Below the pieces are notes generated by a model, which was not told where the DNA came from, did not search any database, and saw only the letters and a program-made list of their open reading frames with translations. 64,000 nt of DNA from positions 3,572,578 to 3,636,577 of the forward strand of contig CP136572.1 in NCBI GenBank assembly GCA_035193785.1, read 5' to 3'. Made by a program: the position numbers and the translations under genes. This document shows, piece after piece, positions 1-11,512 of this stretch; positions within the stretch are counted from its first letter, which is position 1; the number at the start of each line of letters is the position of its first letter. The DNA comes from Planktothrix sp. GU0601_MAG3. GTDB lineage: Bacteria > Cyanobacteriota > Cyanobacteriia > Cyanobacteriales > Microcoleaceae.

Positions 1-1
1 C

Positions 2-91
2 GAAGACGTTTTTGATCACAAAGCGGCGGAAGGTTTCATTTATGTTTGGGGTTTACCCACCCGCGTTTGGTCTGAGAAAATAAGAGACTAA
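2..91 (+). CDS. argG: argininosuccinate synthase, 3' end (partial)
   Basis: Manual translation EDVFDHKAAEGFIYVWGLPTRVWSEKIRD* resembles the cyanobacterial ArgG C-terminus. Confidence 0.8.
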   Translation, partial: EDVFDHKAAEGFIYVWGLPTRVWSEKIRD

Positions 92-145
92 TAATCGGAT
101 TAGAAATTAAATTCATCCCAGGGGTGAGGTGCGCCTCGCCCCTAA

Positions 146-328
146 ATATATATCTCAGATATTTAATTAAACTTGACAAACTCGCATAAGCATCGACTTC
201 AATCCATTCATATTTAGTAAATTTCCATAAGATTTCAATTAAATTTAGCTTGGGTGAGTAGGTAGGTAGCCAAAATATTTTTAAATTCTTTTGCTCCCAT
301 TCCGGTAATATTGAGAGAAAGCGATCGC
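146..328 (-). mobile_element. IS630-family transposase C-terminal remnant
   Basis: FWLPTYSPKLNLIEILWK matches the IS630 LPxYSPxLNxIExxW motif; no N-terminal part is present. Confidence 0.75.
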
Positions 329-470
329 CTGCTCTCAATATTCAAGATATTACCAAAAACAAATATTGATAAGTTTAATATTAGTAATACTGAACTTATT
401 GTCAAATTTCAGAAATTAGCAAAAATATGCTATAATCTAATGCTGAATTGATCGTGAGTTATAAAAAAGT

Positions 471-2359
471 ATGTTAAAATTTGGTGGGTATGGAAAGTCT
501 CAAGGTAAATTTTTGTATTTACTCATTGCCAGTATTGTTTTTCCCGTCCTAGCTGTCAGTTCTTTCAATATTGTTAATTCTCGCGAATATTTAATTGATT
601 CAGTGATTCGTTTCCATGAAAAATGAGTCACAAAACAGTGGAGAAACCATCAATCTTTTTTTGGATAATTTTAAATCTGATATTCTATACTTAAGCGGAA
701 CCCCACCGATTCAAGGGATGGTGAGAGCCAGAGAAAATAAAGGCATTGATCCTGAAGACAAATCTACCTATGAAAGCTGGAATAATCGCCTCATAATTAT
801 TTTTAAATCTTTCCTGAATAATAGACCCTATTATGATCAATTGCGTTATATTGATGAAAAGGGGAATGAACTGGTGAGAGTCAATGTGGTTAATGGTCAA
901 GCTACAGTGGTTCCAACTGAAAAGTTACAGAATGAATCCTCATCGGAATACTTCTCTAAAACTCTACAATTAAAAACGGGAGAAATTTATGTATCTCCTA
1001 TCAATTTGAATCGAGAAAATAATCAAATTGAAATTCCTTATAAACCCATTCTTCGTTATGCAACTCCGGTTTATAATCAAGCTGGCGAAAAACGAGGAAT
1101 ATTAGTTACTAATATTTTAATTGAGAAGTTATTTGAAACCGCCGACAATGATAGCTTTAGTTCGGAAATAAAGCAACAATTTTTAGTTGTTAATCAAGAT
1201 GGATATTATTTAAGTCACCCAATAGAAGAAAAGCGATGGGGGTTTGAATTTAATAACAATAATAATTTAAGAAATGACTATCCTGAAGCAATTGTTAATC
1301 AACTGCTGTCGGGAGAAAGTGGTTTGATTGCAGAAAATTTTGACTATATAATGACTTATAATACTATTTTTCCTAATCAATTTAATCGGGAAAATTCGTT
1401 TGCTTTATTATATAAAACCCCTAAATCTGTGGTTTTAGAACCAATTAATAACTTTATTCAAGTTGCGGTGATTGTCACCCTGGTTGTTGGGGGGATTTTT
1501 ATAGTTTTTGGTGTTATTTTATTCAAAAAATTAGTCAATTCTATTATGGAAGTTGTTGCCGTAGTCACAGCTTTTTCTAGTCAGATTTTTTCCACAATTA
1601 ATCAACAGGAACGGATTGCCAATCAACAATTATCTTCCGTTCAAGAAACCAACGTGACCATGGATGAACTCAGCGCTTCCTCTCAACAATCGGCTCAACA
1701 GGCAGAAGGAGCGGTTTTCGGGGCAAAACAAGCCCTAGAGCGGGTGGAAACAGGGAACAATTGCCATTCAGAAAGCTCTCCAAGAATTGGAAACCCTAAA
1801 AGTTAAAGTCGAATCTATTGCCGAAAAAATTCTACAGTTAAGTGAACAAACCCATCAAATCGGTAGCGTTTCCGATGTGGTCAGTGATTTATCAAATCAG
1901 ACGAATATGTTAGCTTTAAATGCCGCCGTTGAAGCGGTACGCGCCGGGGAACATGGTAAAGGATTTGCCGTCGTGGCTTCGGAAATCAGAAAACTCTCGG
2001 ATGCCAGTCAAAAATCGAGCCAAAAAATTAATACCTTAGTGAATGATATTCAACGGATGATTCAAACAACTGTTGTTGTCACTGAAGAAGGCACTAAAAA
2101 TGTTGAATCCGGGGTACATATTGCCCACCAAACCGCTCAAGTTTTTGCAGATGTAGCTAAGTCTATTGAACAAATTTTTCAAAGTAGTCAACAGATTGCC
2201 TTAACTTCAACTCAACAAGCTTTAGCCATTGGGCAAGTGAATCAAGCCATGAATAACTTAACATCGGGAGCGAATGAAACTGCCAAAGGAATTAGTCAAA
2301 TTAAAATCGGTGGTGAAAAACTGAATGAATCCACTCAAAACTTAAAGGAAATTTTGTAA
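471..2359 (+). CDS. methyl-accepting chemotaxis protein with Cache-like sensor domain (frameshifts near 612 and 1760-1790)
   Basis: TM segment after ATG 471, extracytoplasmic domain, second TM, MCP signature [33 protein letters not shown]. Confidence 0.85.
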
Positions 2360-2387
2360 TCGGGTTTCCAGTAATCAGGCTGATTAC

Positions 2388-4642
2388 CTATTCCCTGATT
2401 TTATCGATTTCAGACTGAGCAGGAATAAAAGATTTCACCAAAACTATCATCAAATCTAAATCCAAAGGTTTGCTTAAATAGGCAGAAGCACCCGCATCTA
2501 AACAGCGTTCTCGGTCGCCAGACATTGCCATGGCTGTTAAAGCAATAATAGGAACAGATTGCCAGATGGAATGGGCTTTTAATTGACGCATTAATTCTAA
2601 CCCATCGACCTCGGGTAATTGTACATCCATTAAAATTAAATTAGGAAGTGTTTTTTCCGTGACCAGGGGAGAGTTAATAGTGTCTAACATAGTCTGACCA
2701 TTACTAATTAATTCCACTCGATATCCCTCTAATTCTAAAACCTCCGAAACTAATAATTGATTAAAGGGCTGGTCTTCCACTACCAAAATTCTAGGGGAAT
2801 TTTCACAATTTGCTTGAGAATCATTCTGAGATTCGGATGATTTTTGCAAAGATAAATCGCAGGATTTTGGATTTAAACTAAGTTCTTCTCGCATTTCTGT
2901 TAACGGCAACCAAGCCCGAAATAGACTCCCTTGATTCACCATTGAATTGATAGAAACCGTGCCCCCATGTAATTCCGCTAATCGTTTGACTAAAGCCAAT
3001 CCTAATCCGGTGCCTTCATGGCGTCGTGTCAGGGAAGAATCGACCTGTTGAAAGGGACGAAACAACAAATGCCACCGTTCTTCTGGGATGCCAATTCCTG
3101 AGTCTTGAAACCTCCAAACAAAGATAGGGCGTACTAGCATTTACTGGAGAACAATCGGGTCGATAATCCTGAATCATTTGGTTTCCATAGGCTAAAAATC
3201 CACTTAATTTAATACTTCCAGCTTCCGGTGTAAATTTGACGGCGTTGGAGAGTAAATTAATAATAATTTGGCGTACCCGTCGCTCATCTAAAAACGCATG
3301 ATGCACACGATAATCTAATTCTACAGACATTTTTAACCGCTTTTTATCAGCCCGAGGCTGCATCATTTTCAAACATTCATTACAGAGGCGGTGAATATTC
3401 ACCGATTGTAAATCTAATTCAGTTTTACCCGCTTCAATTTTGGATAAATCTAAGATATCATTAATCAGTTGTAATAAATGTTGACCACTTTTTTCAATTA
3501 GTTGTAAATGGTTAATTTGACGTTCATTTAAAGAGCCTCCGATTTGACGTTTGAGCAAGTCAGAAAAACCTAAAATACTATTTAGGGGAGTTCTCAATTC
3601 ATGGGACATTGAGGCTAAAAATTCAGATTTGAGTTGAGAAGCGCGTTCTAAATCTTCATTAATTTGTTGCAAACTCGCTTGAGCTTGTACCCGTTCAATC
3701 GAAGCTCCAAGGGTTCGACAGGCTGCATTTAACATATCCCGTTGAGGATATTCTTGTAAACGATCTAAATCCCGGGATTCTAGGGTTAATACACCAATAA
3801 TATTGCCATTAGTTGCCGGAATAGGAAAAATTCCTAACCGACCTAATCCCGGATATCGAAATCTGGGAACAGATTTAGGATGTTGGGAATAATTTTCTAT
3901 AAATACCGGTTCCCCCGTTTCTACCACATCCCATAATAAACCTTGACCATAGGGAATTCCCTGGTCTAAAATTTCCTGCATGGAAGCAACAGCAGGTTTC
4001 CCCATAGGTAGCAATAAATTGACCGGAAATTTGATTGACAATGGCTCCAGCTTGGCGATTTTTTCCCTCTCCAGAAATAACTTTCACATCTCCAAAAGCC
4101 GCGTCCATCACCGAGACTAAATAATTTAAGGCAAACTGGGCAATTTCCTGTAAATTATCAGAGTTTTGTAAGCGTTCATTTAATCCTAATAAAAATCTGA
4201 GTCGGCGGACTTCCGTATTTAAGCTGGCTTGGGAATTGCGATAATAGGTAATATCTCTAAAGGTAAATAATCGACTGCCATTGGAAGATAATCGGCTTTC
4301 AATTTCCAGGCAAACTCGGTTATTTTGTTCGATGCAAAAGGATAAATTATCAATCCCCACTTGTTCCAAACAATTTTTAAGTTGTTGACAGTGTTTTTCT
4401 TCCCAATATCCTTGTAATAAAATTTTGTCAATCAGCGCAGATAGGGGCGGTTTTTGGTTGAGAAATTCGGGAGATAATCCCCAAATATCCGCCAATTTTT
4501 GATTAAATAGAATTAACTGATTATTATGATTGAATAGAGCGATCGCATTATCAATCTGATTTAAAATTAACGACCGTTCTTCCAGCAACTGTTGGACATC
4601 TGGGCTAAATTGCTCATTGTGGCTAATTATCGGTTCGGTCAT
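2388..4642 (-). CDS. hybrid sensor histidine kinase PAS-GAF-HisKA-HATPase-REC (frameshifts near 4000 and 3110)
   Basis: H-box [12 protein letters not shown]-box [21 protein letters not shown] and a C-terminal receiver, spread over three overlapping ORFs. Confidence 0.85.
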
Positions 4643-4892
4643 AATTGTATGGGAAAAACCAGGTAAAAAGGAGATGAATTAAACTCAATTAATGAATCTT
4701 AACAAATTTCTCAGATATCTCAATCATCAATTTGGGGATCTCGGTTAGCTTTGGACGAACCCCTCCCCGGAGACAGAGAATCAAGACTTAAATGGCCAAA
4801 ATAGCCAACTTTTGTAATTTTTGATATAAAATCAAATTTATGTGAAGATTTGTTTAGAATAACCGACACCCATTTAGACAGGAGAAAACACT

Positions 4893-5496
4893 GTGGCTTT
4901 TGAACTTCCCGCCTTACCCTTTGCCGACGATGCTTTAGAAACCAAGCAAAATGTCGGCTAAGACCTTTTCCTTCCATCATGGTAAGCACCACGCTGCCTA
5001 TGTCACAAACCTGAATAAACTGATTGAGGGGACAGGACTGGCGGATAAATCCCTAGAAGAAATTATCAAAGCAACCGCCAACGACCCGACCAAAGCCGGA
5101 ATTTTTAACAATGCGGCTCAGGTTTGGAATCACACTTTCTTCTGGAATAGTCTGAAAGCCGGTGGCGGTGGCCAACCCACAGGTGCTTTGGCTGAAAAAA
5201 TTAATGCTGACTTTGGTAGCTTTGACAAGTTTATCGAAGAATTCAAAGCCGCCGCTACAACTCAATTTGGTAGTGGTTGGGCTTGGTTAGTATTAGATAA
5301 TGGCACTCTGAAAGTTACCAAAACCGCTAATGCAGGAACTCCGATTGTGGATGGAGCCACTCCTTTATTAACTTTGGATGTTTGGGAGCACGCCTATTAT
5401 TTGGACTTCCAAAATGCCAGACCCGCTTACATTGAAAACTTCCTAAATCACCTGGTGAACTGGGATTTTGTGGCTGAAAACTTCGCCGCTGCATAA
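4893..5496 (+). CDS. sodB: Fe superoxide dismutase (frameshift near 4945)
   Basis: RBS AGGAGA then GTG giving [30 protein letters not shown] (Fe-type), DVWEHAYY. Confidence 0.92.
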
Positions 5497-5530
5497 TTGA
5501 GCATTCTTTCTGAAGTAGATTGAACCAACA

Positions 5531-5571
5531 GCAAGACAGTCATTCTATTTTTAGGGCTGTCTTGTTTTTTT
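5531..5571 (+). terminator. intrinsic terminator after sodB
   Basis: GCAAGACAGTC...GGCTGTCTTGT stem followed by a T-run. Confidence 0.75.
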
Positions 5572-5599
5572 ATTATCCCAATTGATTCAAATTTTAATT

Positions 5600-5809
5600 A
5601 TGAATAGTCAAGATCTTGCCCAATATATTGAAAGCACCAATGGTATTTCTAAGTCTTGGTTATTGGTACAATTGCGGTTAAAGAAACTCGCAGAACGCCG
5701 TTCGGAAATTTCCCAGGAAGAATATATGCAGGAGTTAGCCCAACTGCATCAAGAATTAATGAATCTAGGGGAGTGGTGGTTAGGAATAGAAGATCAGGTT
5801 TTTAGTTAA
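5600..5809 (+). CDS. small hypothetical protein
   Basis: Clean ORF MNSQDLAQYIE...LGEWWLGIEDQVFS with helical character; resembles conserved small cyanobacterial proteins. Confidence 0.65.
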   Translation: MNSQDLAQYIESTNGISKSWLLVQLRLKKLAERRSEISQEEYMQELAQLHQELMNLGEWWLGIEDQVFS

Positions 5810-6096
5810 AATTGATATGCTGAAATTCTTTAATCTTTGTTAGTGGGTGTTAATAATTATTCTCTCCTTCGTTACTCAAATCACAATAAAACTCCTGTCT
5901 AATGGTTTCAGCATAGTGATGATCGGACAATTGAACCCCAGAAGATTCACATTGATTCAAGTTCTTAAAATCACAGGAACTATTGGTCGATAATTATTGT
6001 CCTTGACTAACAGAAGTTAATATTATAGAAGTGCTAAAAGCGATCGCACCGATTTGTAAACCCTTCCCAAAAACAGAGTTTTTCATAAATTTATTC

Positions 6097-6558
6097 TCAA
6101 TCATGTTTTACAGTCTGATGCTTCCAATTCACCCCCAAACGTTTGAGATAATCCCAACCCCTTTGGGGCCAAACATGGGGACGCCCCGTTTTTTCAGCGA
6201 TCCATTCCGCCACCTTGGGGCCAGACCAGGAGCCACCATCAGGTGCTGGCCCCTGTAAGGCTTGCATAAGTTCCTGTTGTTGTCCTGAAGTGAGTAAAGA
6301 TTTCGCGATCGGGGGTTGGCGCTCCCGGCTGCGATTTCTCACAGAACTTGGCCCCTCGCGGTTGTAGCGCCGGATAATTTCTTTGGCATAGTCGTAATTT
6401 AACCCCACCACTTCAGCCGATTGTTTAATTGTCCAATCCCCTGCCACAAGGCAAAGTAAATGCCATCGACGGGCCTCTGTCGTGTCTCGTGCTTGACGAT
6501 AGCGAGCTTTCAGGTCATCGGGCGTTAAGTATGGTTCGATGTGCGCTTTAGGTGGCAT
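6097..6558 (-). CDS. stand-alone HTH protein related to the IS630 transposase DNA-binding region
   Basis: RRWHLL..WTIKQSAEVVG..IIRRYNREG and WSGPKVAEWI..WPQRGWDYLKRLG motifs; no DDE domain follows. Confidence 0.7.
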   Translation of the reverse strand: MPPKAHIEPYLTPDDLKARYRQARDTTEARRWHLLCLVAGDWTIKQSAEVVGLNYDYAKEIIRRYNREGPSSVRNRSRERQPPIAKSLLTSGQQQELMQALQGPAPDGGSWSGPKVAEWIAEKTGRPHVWPQRGWDYLKRLGVNWKHQTVKHD

Positions 6559-6642
6559 TCCTCCGATTTAGCATCAGGAAAGTTGGTTAGTCTATCTGGT
6601 GGTTTTAAGGGTTTTCCGGATCAAAGCCAGAATTTCTAAGAA

Positions 6643-6915
6643 TTACGAATGGGTAATGGGTAATGGGTAATGGGTAATGGGTAATGGGTAATGGGTAATG
6701 GGTAATAGAAAGAGTTTACTCCCCCTGCTCCCCCTGCTCCCCCTGCTCCCCCTGCTCCCTCTGCTCCCCTGCTTCCCCTGCTCCCCCGGCTCCCTCTGCT
6801 CCCCCGGCTCCCCCGGCTCCCCCTGCTCCCCCGGCTCCCCCTGCTCCCCCGGCTCCCTCTGCTCCCCCGGCTCCCCCGGCTCCCCCAACTCCCCCGCTCC
6901 CCTAACTCCCCCTCC
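6643..6915. repeat. composite tandem repeat: (AATGGGT)n heptamers plus (CTCCCCCTG/CGG)n nonamers
   Basis: Directly visible arrays upstream of gatA. Confidence 0.95.
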
Positions 6916-6966
6916 TGGTGTTAGACTCTGATATGGGTATTTTAAGAAAATGAGGAATAACAGAGT

Positions 6967-8428
6967 ATGGCATCCATCCGTAAGTTGCACCGACAACTGA
7001 TCAAAAAAGAACGCTCCGCCGTTGAGATCACCCAGGAAGCACTGGATCGGATTGCACAACTCGAACCCCAATTAAAGAGTTTCCTCTGTGTGACGGCGGA
7101 TCGAGCCTTAGAGCAAGCCCGTCAAGTGGATGCAAAAATTGCCAGAGGGGAAGAAATAGGACTGTTAGCGGGAATTCCGATCGCCATTAAGGACAATCTG
7201 TGCACCGAGGGAATTCGCACCACCTGCGGTTTCCAAAATTTTAGAGAATTTTATCCCGCCCTACGAATCCACCGTCACCCAGAAACTGGCTGCGGCTGGG
7301 GCGGTGATGGTGGGAAAAACCAACATGGATGAATTTGCCATGGGCAGTTCTACGGAAAACTCCGCCTATCAGGTGACGGCCAATCCTTGGGATTTACAAC
7401 GGGTTCCGGGGGGGTCATCGGGAGGGTCTGCTGCGGCCGTAGCAGCCGAAGAAGCGGTGGTTTCCCTGGGTTCGGATACGGGGGGTTCCATTCGTCAGCC
7501 CGCGTCCTTCTGTGGGGTGGTGGGGCTCAAACCCACCTATGGTTTAGTTTCTCGCTATGGGTTAGTCGCCTATGCGTCCTCTTTGGATCAAATTGGGCCC
7601 TTTGGACGCTCTGTGGAGGATGTGGCTATTTTATTACAAGCGATCGCTGGCCACGACCCCAAGGATGCCACCAGTTTAAACCTGCCCATTCCCGATTATG
7701 TTTCCGGGCTATTACCGTCATTGAGAGCCAGAAGTGGGATTAAAATTGGGGTGATTAAGGAAACCTTTGGGGAAGGATTAGATCCGATTGTGGAAAAAAC
7801 CGTCACCAAAGCCATTAGTGTTTTACAGGAATCCGGTGCAGAAATTCAGGTAGTTTCTTGTCCTCGATTTCGCTATGGTTTACCAACTTATTATGTGATT
7901 GCTCCTTCGGAAGCCTCGGCTAATTTAGCCCGTTATGATGGGGTGAAATATGGTTTCCGTTATCCCGATGCGGATAATTTAATTGAAATGTATCAGAAAA
8001 CCCGGGCGCAAGGGTTTGGGGCGGAAGTCAAACGTCGGATTATGATGGGAACCTATGTGTTATCGGCGGGATATTATGACGCCTATTATTTGAAAGCTCA
8101 AAAGGTCAGAACTTTAATTAAGGAAGATTTTGATCGGGCGTTTAGTCAAGTGGAAGTTTTAGTTTGTCCGACCGCACCTTCAACGGCTTTTAAAGCGGGT
8201 GAAAAAACCGCCGATCCCTTGAGTATGTATTTATCGGATTTAATGACAATTCCGGTTAATTTAGCGGGTTTACCCGGAATTAGTGTTCCCTGTGGATTTG
8301 ATGATCAAGGCTTACCGATTGGGATGCAATTAATTGGGAAACCGTTAGGGGAATCTCGGTTATTAGAAGTTGCTAATGCCTATGAACAGGCGACGGATTG
8401 GCATAATTACAAACCTCAAGGAATCTAA
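6967..8428 (+). CDS. gatA: Asp/Glu-tRNA amidotransferase subunit A (frameshift near 7230)
   Basis: Amidase signature [37 protein letters not shown]. Confidence 0.95.
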
Positions 8429-8534
8429 TCTGTAAATATTAGGGTGGGCTTTGCTCACCTTAGTTTTAATCCCATGAAAAATTGTTTTGAGGTTATAATG
8501 AGTATTATCTAAAATTTTCACCGCAAATCTTAAA

Positions 8535-8831
8535 ATGTCAACAACTTTAACAGATATTGGTACATTAATTGTTTCTACACCCGAAATTTGTGGAGGTCGC
8601 CCTCGCATTACAGGAACAAGAATGTCGGTGATGAGTATTGCAATTGATTATAATGCGGGCATGACTGTTGAAGAAATTTTACAAGAATTTCCGCACTTGA
8701 ATTTAGGGCAAATTTATGCAGCTTTAACTTATTATCATGTGAATAAATCCAGTATTGATCAGGAAATTATGGCTTATTATGAAGAATGCGATCGCTTAGA
8801 AAAAGAACAGAGCGCGAGGACGGTTTCGTGA
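8535..8831 (+). CDS. DUF433 family antitoxin-like protein
   Basis: PEICGGRPRITGTRMSV...EEILQEFPHL..IYAALTYY. Confidence 0.85.
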   Translation: MSTTLTDIGTLIVSTPEICGGRPRITGTRMSVMSIAIDYNAGMTVEEILQEFPHLNLGQIYAALTYYHVNKSSIDQEIMAYYEECDRLEKEQSARTVS

Positions 8832-9199
8832 GTCAAATTCGTTTATATTTTGATGAAGATTCGGGCAATATGTCCTTAGTTGAAGCGTTACGAAATGAAG
8901 ATATAGATGTTTTGACGACACCAGAAGCGAATACAATGGGTTATTCCGATCAAGATCAATTATTATGGGCAACTCAGCAAAATCGGATTATCTATAGTTT
9001 TAATATGGGTGATTTTTGCCGTTTACATAATATATTTATTAGTGATGGAGTAACTCATGCCGGGATTATTGTTGTTCCTAGACAAAGTTATTCAATTGGT
9101 GAACAATTACGCGGAATATTAAGGTTAATTTCTGAACAGTCCGCAGAAGTCATGGTTAATCAATTAGTGTTTTTAGGAATGTATATTCGTGCTGAATAA
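8828..9199 (+). CDS. DUF5615 family PIN-like toxin
   Basis: GTG start overlaps the DUF433 stop (GTGA); RLYFDED, SDQDQLLWA, N.GDF, HAGII motifs. Confidence 0.8.
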   Translation: MSQIRLYFDEDSGNMSLVEALRNEDIDVLTTPEANTMGYSDQDQLLWATQQNRIIYSFNMGDFCRLHNIFISDGVTHAGIIVVPRQSYSIGEQLRGILRLISEQSAEVMVNQLVFLGMYIRAE

Positions 9200-9254
9200 T
9201 AATCAATTCATTTGTAAATGATTTAAAAAAATTACCTTGTTAGCAATATAAAAT

Positions 9255-11148
9255 ATGTACATTTCAAAATTTCGAGTTTTTAACTATAAATCATTTAAAG
9301 ACTCTACATTGTTAGAGTTTAAACCCGGTATAAATATTATTATCGGGCAAAATAATGTAGGCAAAACTGCTTTTTTAGAAGCATTAGAATTAAATGTTGA
9401 CAATACTCCTCATAAAAATGTTAAAGCATGGCTTTCAAAAAAGGAAGATAAAAGTTTACCTTCATTCGATTGGTCAACTGTCGATATCATACTTGTAGTT
9501 GAAGAATCTGATATCTATTCTTTCATTAAGAAATCAACTATTTGTGTTTCATCTGAACGTAATCATCAAAATGATTTAGATTTGTTTCAAAATTGGATTA
9601 ATCAACCTAATGTTAAAGAAATTTGTGTTTATAATTATAACCCAGAAAAAGGTGATGGTTTTTATAAAATAGATATCAATATGCCTGAAAATATTAATAT
9701 ATCTCATCCTTGTAGTTATGATTATAATATAAGTTTCGGACAAGAAACTATACAAAAAATTATTATAAACAATAGTAATAATCTAGAACTTAATGAAACA
9801 CCTATTGACTTCACACCTTCCTATGAACCTTTAGATAAATATTTTTTTGATTACTTAAGAAGTAAAATTTATAGACTTGAGTCAGAAAGATTTCATGTTG
9901 GTAAATGTGATGCAGGGGCATCTGTAGAGCTAAAGCAGAGCGCTGAAAATTTAGCTGAGGTTATTAGCCAGTTGCAATTAGCCGGTCAAAAGAAAAATTA
10001 TCAGCAATTCAATGAATGTGTTAATATAATTTTTCCAGAAATTGCCCTTGTTTCAGCACGTCCTAAACCTAAAAAATCTATTAATGATGATAAGTTGCTT
10101 TATGAGGTTTTAATCTGGTCTTTAGAAGCCTCTCAGCAAGATGTGGTTGAAATGACACTACCTTTAGCAGATTGTGGAACTGGAGTAAGCCAAGTATTAG
10201 CAATATTATATGTTGTAATAACTGCTTCTGAGCCTCAAGTTATTATCATTGATGAACCTCAGTCATTCCTTCACCCTAGCGCTGCCAAGAAGTTAATAGA
10301 AATCCTCAAAGAGTTTCCTCAGCATCAATATTTTATTGCTACCCATTCTCCTCAAATCATAACGGCTGCTAACCCTGCAACAATTGTTCAACTCTCCTAT
10401 ATTGATGGGGAAACTAAAGCCCAAATAATTGATGCTAAACAAACAGCACAATTGCGTTTCACTCTTAGATGAGTTGGGAGTAAGCTTGTCTGATGTGTTT
10501 GGTGCTGATAACATTTTGTGGGTTGAAGGGCAAACTGAGGAAAAATGTTTTCCTTTAATTTTGGAAAAATTAACCGATATCAAGTTAAGGGGAACTCAGA
10601 TTTTAGCTGTGACAAGTACAGGAGTTTTAGTAGGAAAACACGCTGATTTAGTATTTGATATTTATGACAAGCTTAGTGGAGGTAATACATTGTTTCCACC
10701 AGCTATAGGTTTTATCTTGGATGAAGAAGGGAGGACACAGCAGAAAAAAGACGACTTAAAAAGACGAAGTAAAAAAAATGGTAATAAATTAGAATTTTTA
10801 ACTCGAAAACTTTATGAAAATTATTTACTTGAGCCTGAAGCCATAGCTCATGTTATTAATCAAGAGGATTACAGCAGAGACCAACCTCTTTCTGAAAATG
10901 AAATCCAAAGTTGGTTAGATGTCAATAAAAACAAATTCATGCCTAAAGGAACATCAGAAGACGCAGATTGGTTAAAAGTTGTAGATGGGGCAAACCTTTT
11001 AATAAAGCTGTTTTCAGAAAAAACCGATAATAAAGTGTTGTTTATAAAAACAAAACATTCCTATGAGCTAACCGAGTGGCTTGTAGAAAACAAACCAGAG
11101 TGTTTACAAGAAATAGCTGCTTTATTGAGAAAGATTTTAAATCCATAA
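9255..11148 (+). CDS. OLD-like ABC-type ATPase fused to a TOPRIM nuclease (frameshift near 10458)
   Basis: Walker A GQNNVGKT, Walker B IIIDEPQSFLHP, ATHS, then WVEGQTEE, FILDEE and ENYLL TOPRIM-like motifs. Confidence 0.75.
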
Positions 11149-11150
11149 TT

Positions 11151-11181
11151 AACCCCCTTTCTATTATATAGAAGGGGGGTT
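11151..11181. terminator. hairpin between convergent genes
   Basis: AACCCCCTTTCTAT...ATAGAAGGGGGGTT inverted repeat. Confidence 0.7.
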
Positions 11182-11207
11182 GAGGATTCGATCGTAAATT
11201 GATGATC

Positions 11208-11435
11208 CTATTTAATCCAACCGGCACTTAAAATAACAGTAATTCCCATAAAAATAATCGCTAACATCCAAGTAATCCGATTTAAGGTAGTTTCGGCACT
11301 TTTGGCGCTAGTAAAGAGTTGGGCTTGTCCACCAATACCCCCAATCCCGTCGCCTTTAGGACTATGGAGTAAGACTAAAATAATAATCCCTAAAGCCGAT
11401 AAAGACCAAACCGCTTGTAATACTTGAGTAACCAT
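11208..11435 (-). CDS. secG: preprotein translocase subunit SecG
   Basis: Two TM helices, VLLHSPKGDGIGGIGG, AETTLNRITW; downstream of gpmI as is typical. Confidence 0.93.
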   Translation of the reverse strand: MVTQVLQAVWSLSALGIIILVLLHSPKGDGIGGIGGQAQLFTSAKSAETTLNRITWMLAIIFMGITVILSAGWIK

Positions 11436-11512
11436 GTTAAGAAGTTGATAATTTGAACAGAAAAATTAAACCTTCAAACCTTCAATTATAACCTATTTTT
11501 CCAGGAATTAAT

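Noticed and set aside
6643..7071. Collagen-like (GEP/GEQ) and LLP-repeat ORFs
   Set aside because: These are translations of the nonamer DNA repeat, which has no stop codons; one overlaps gatA antisense
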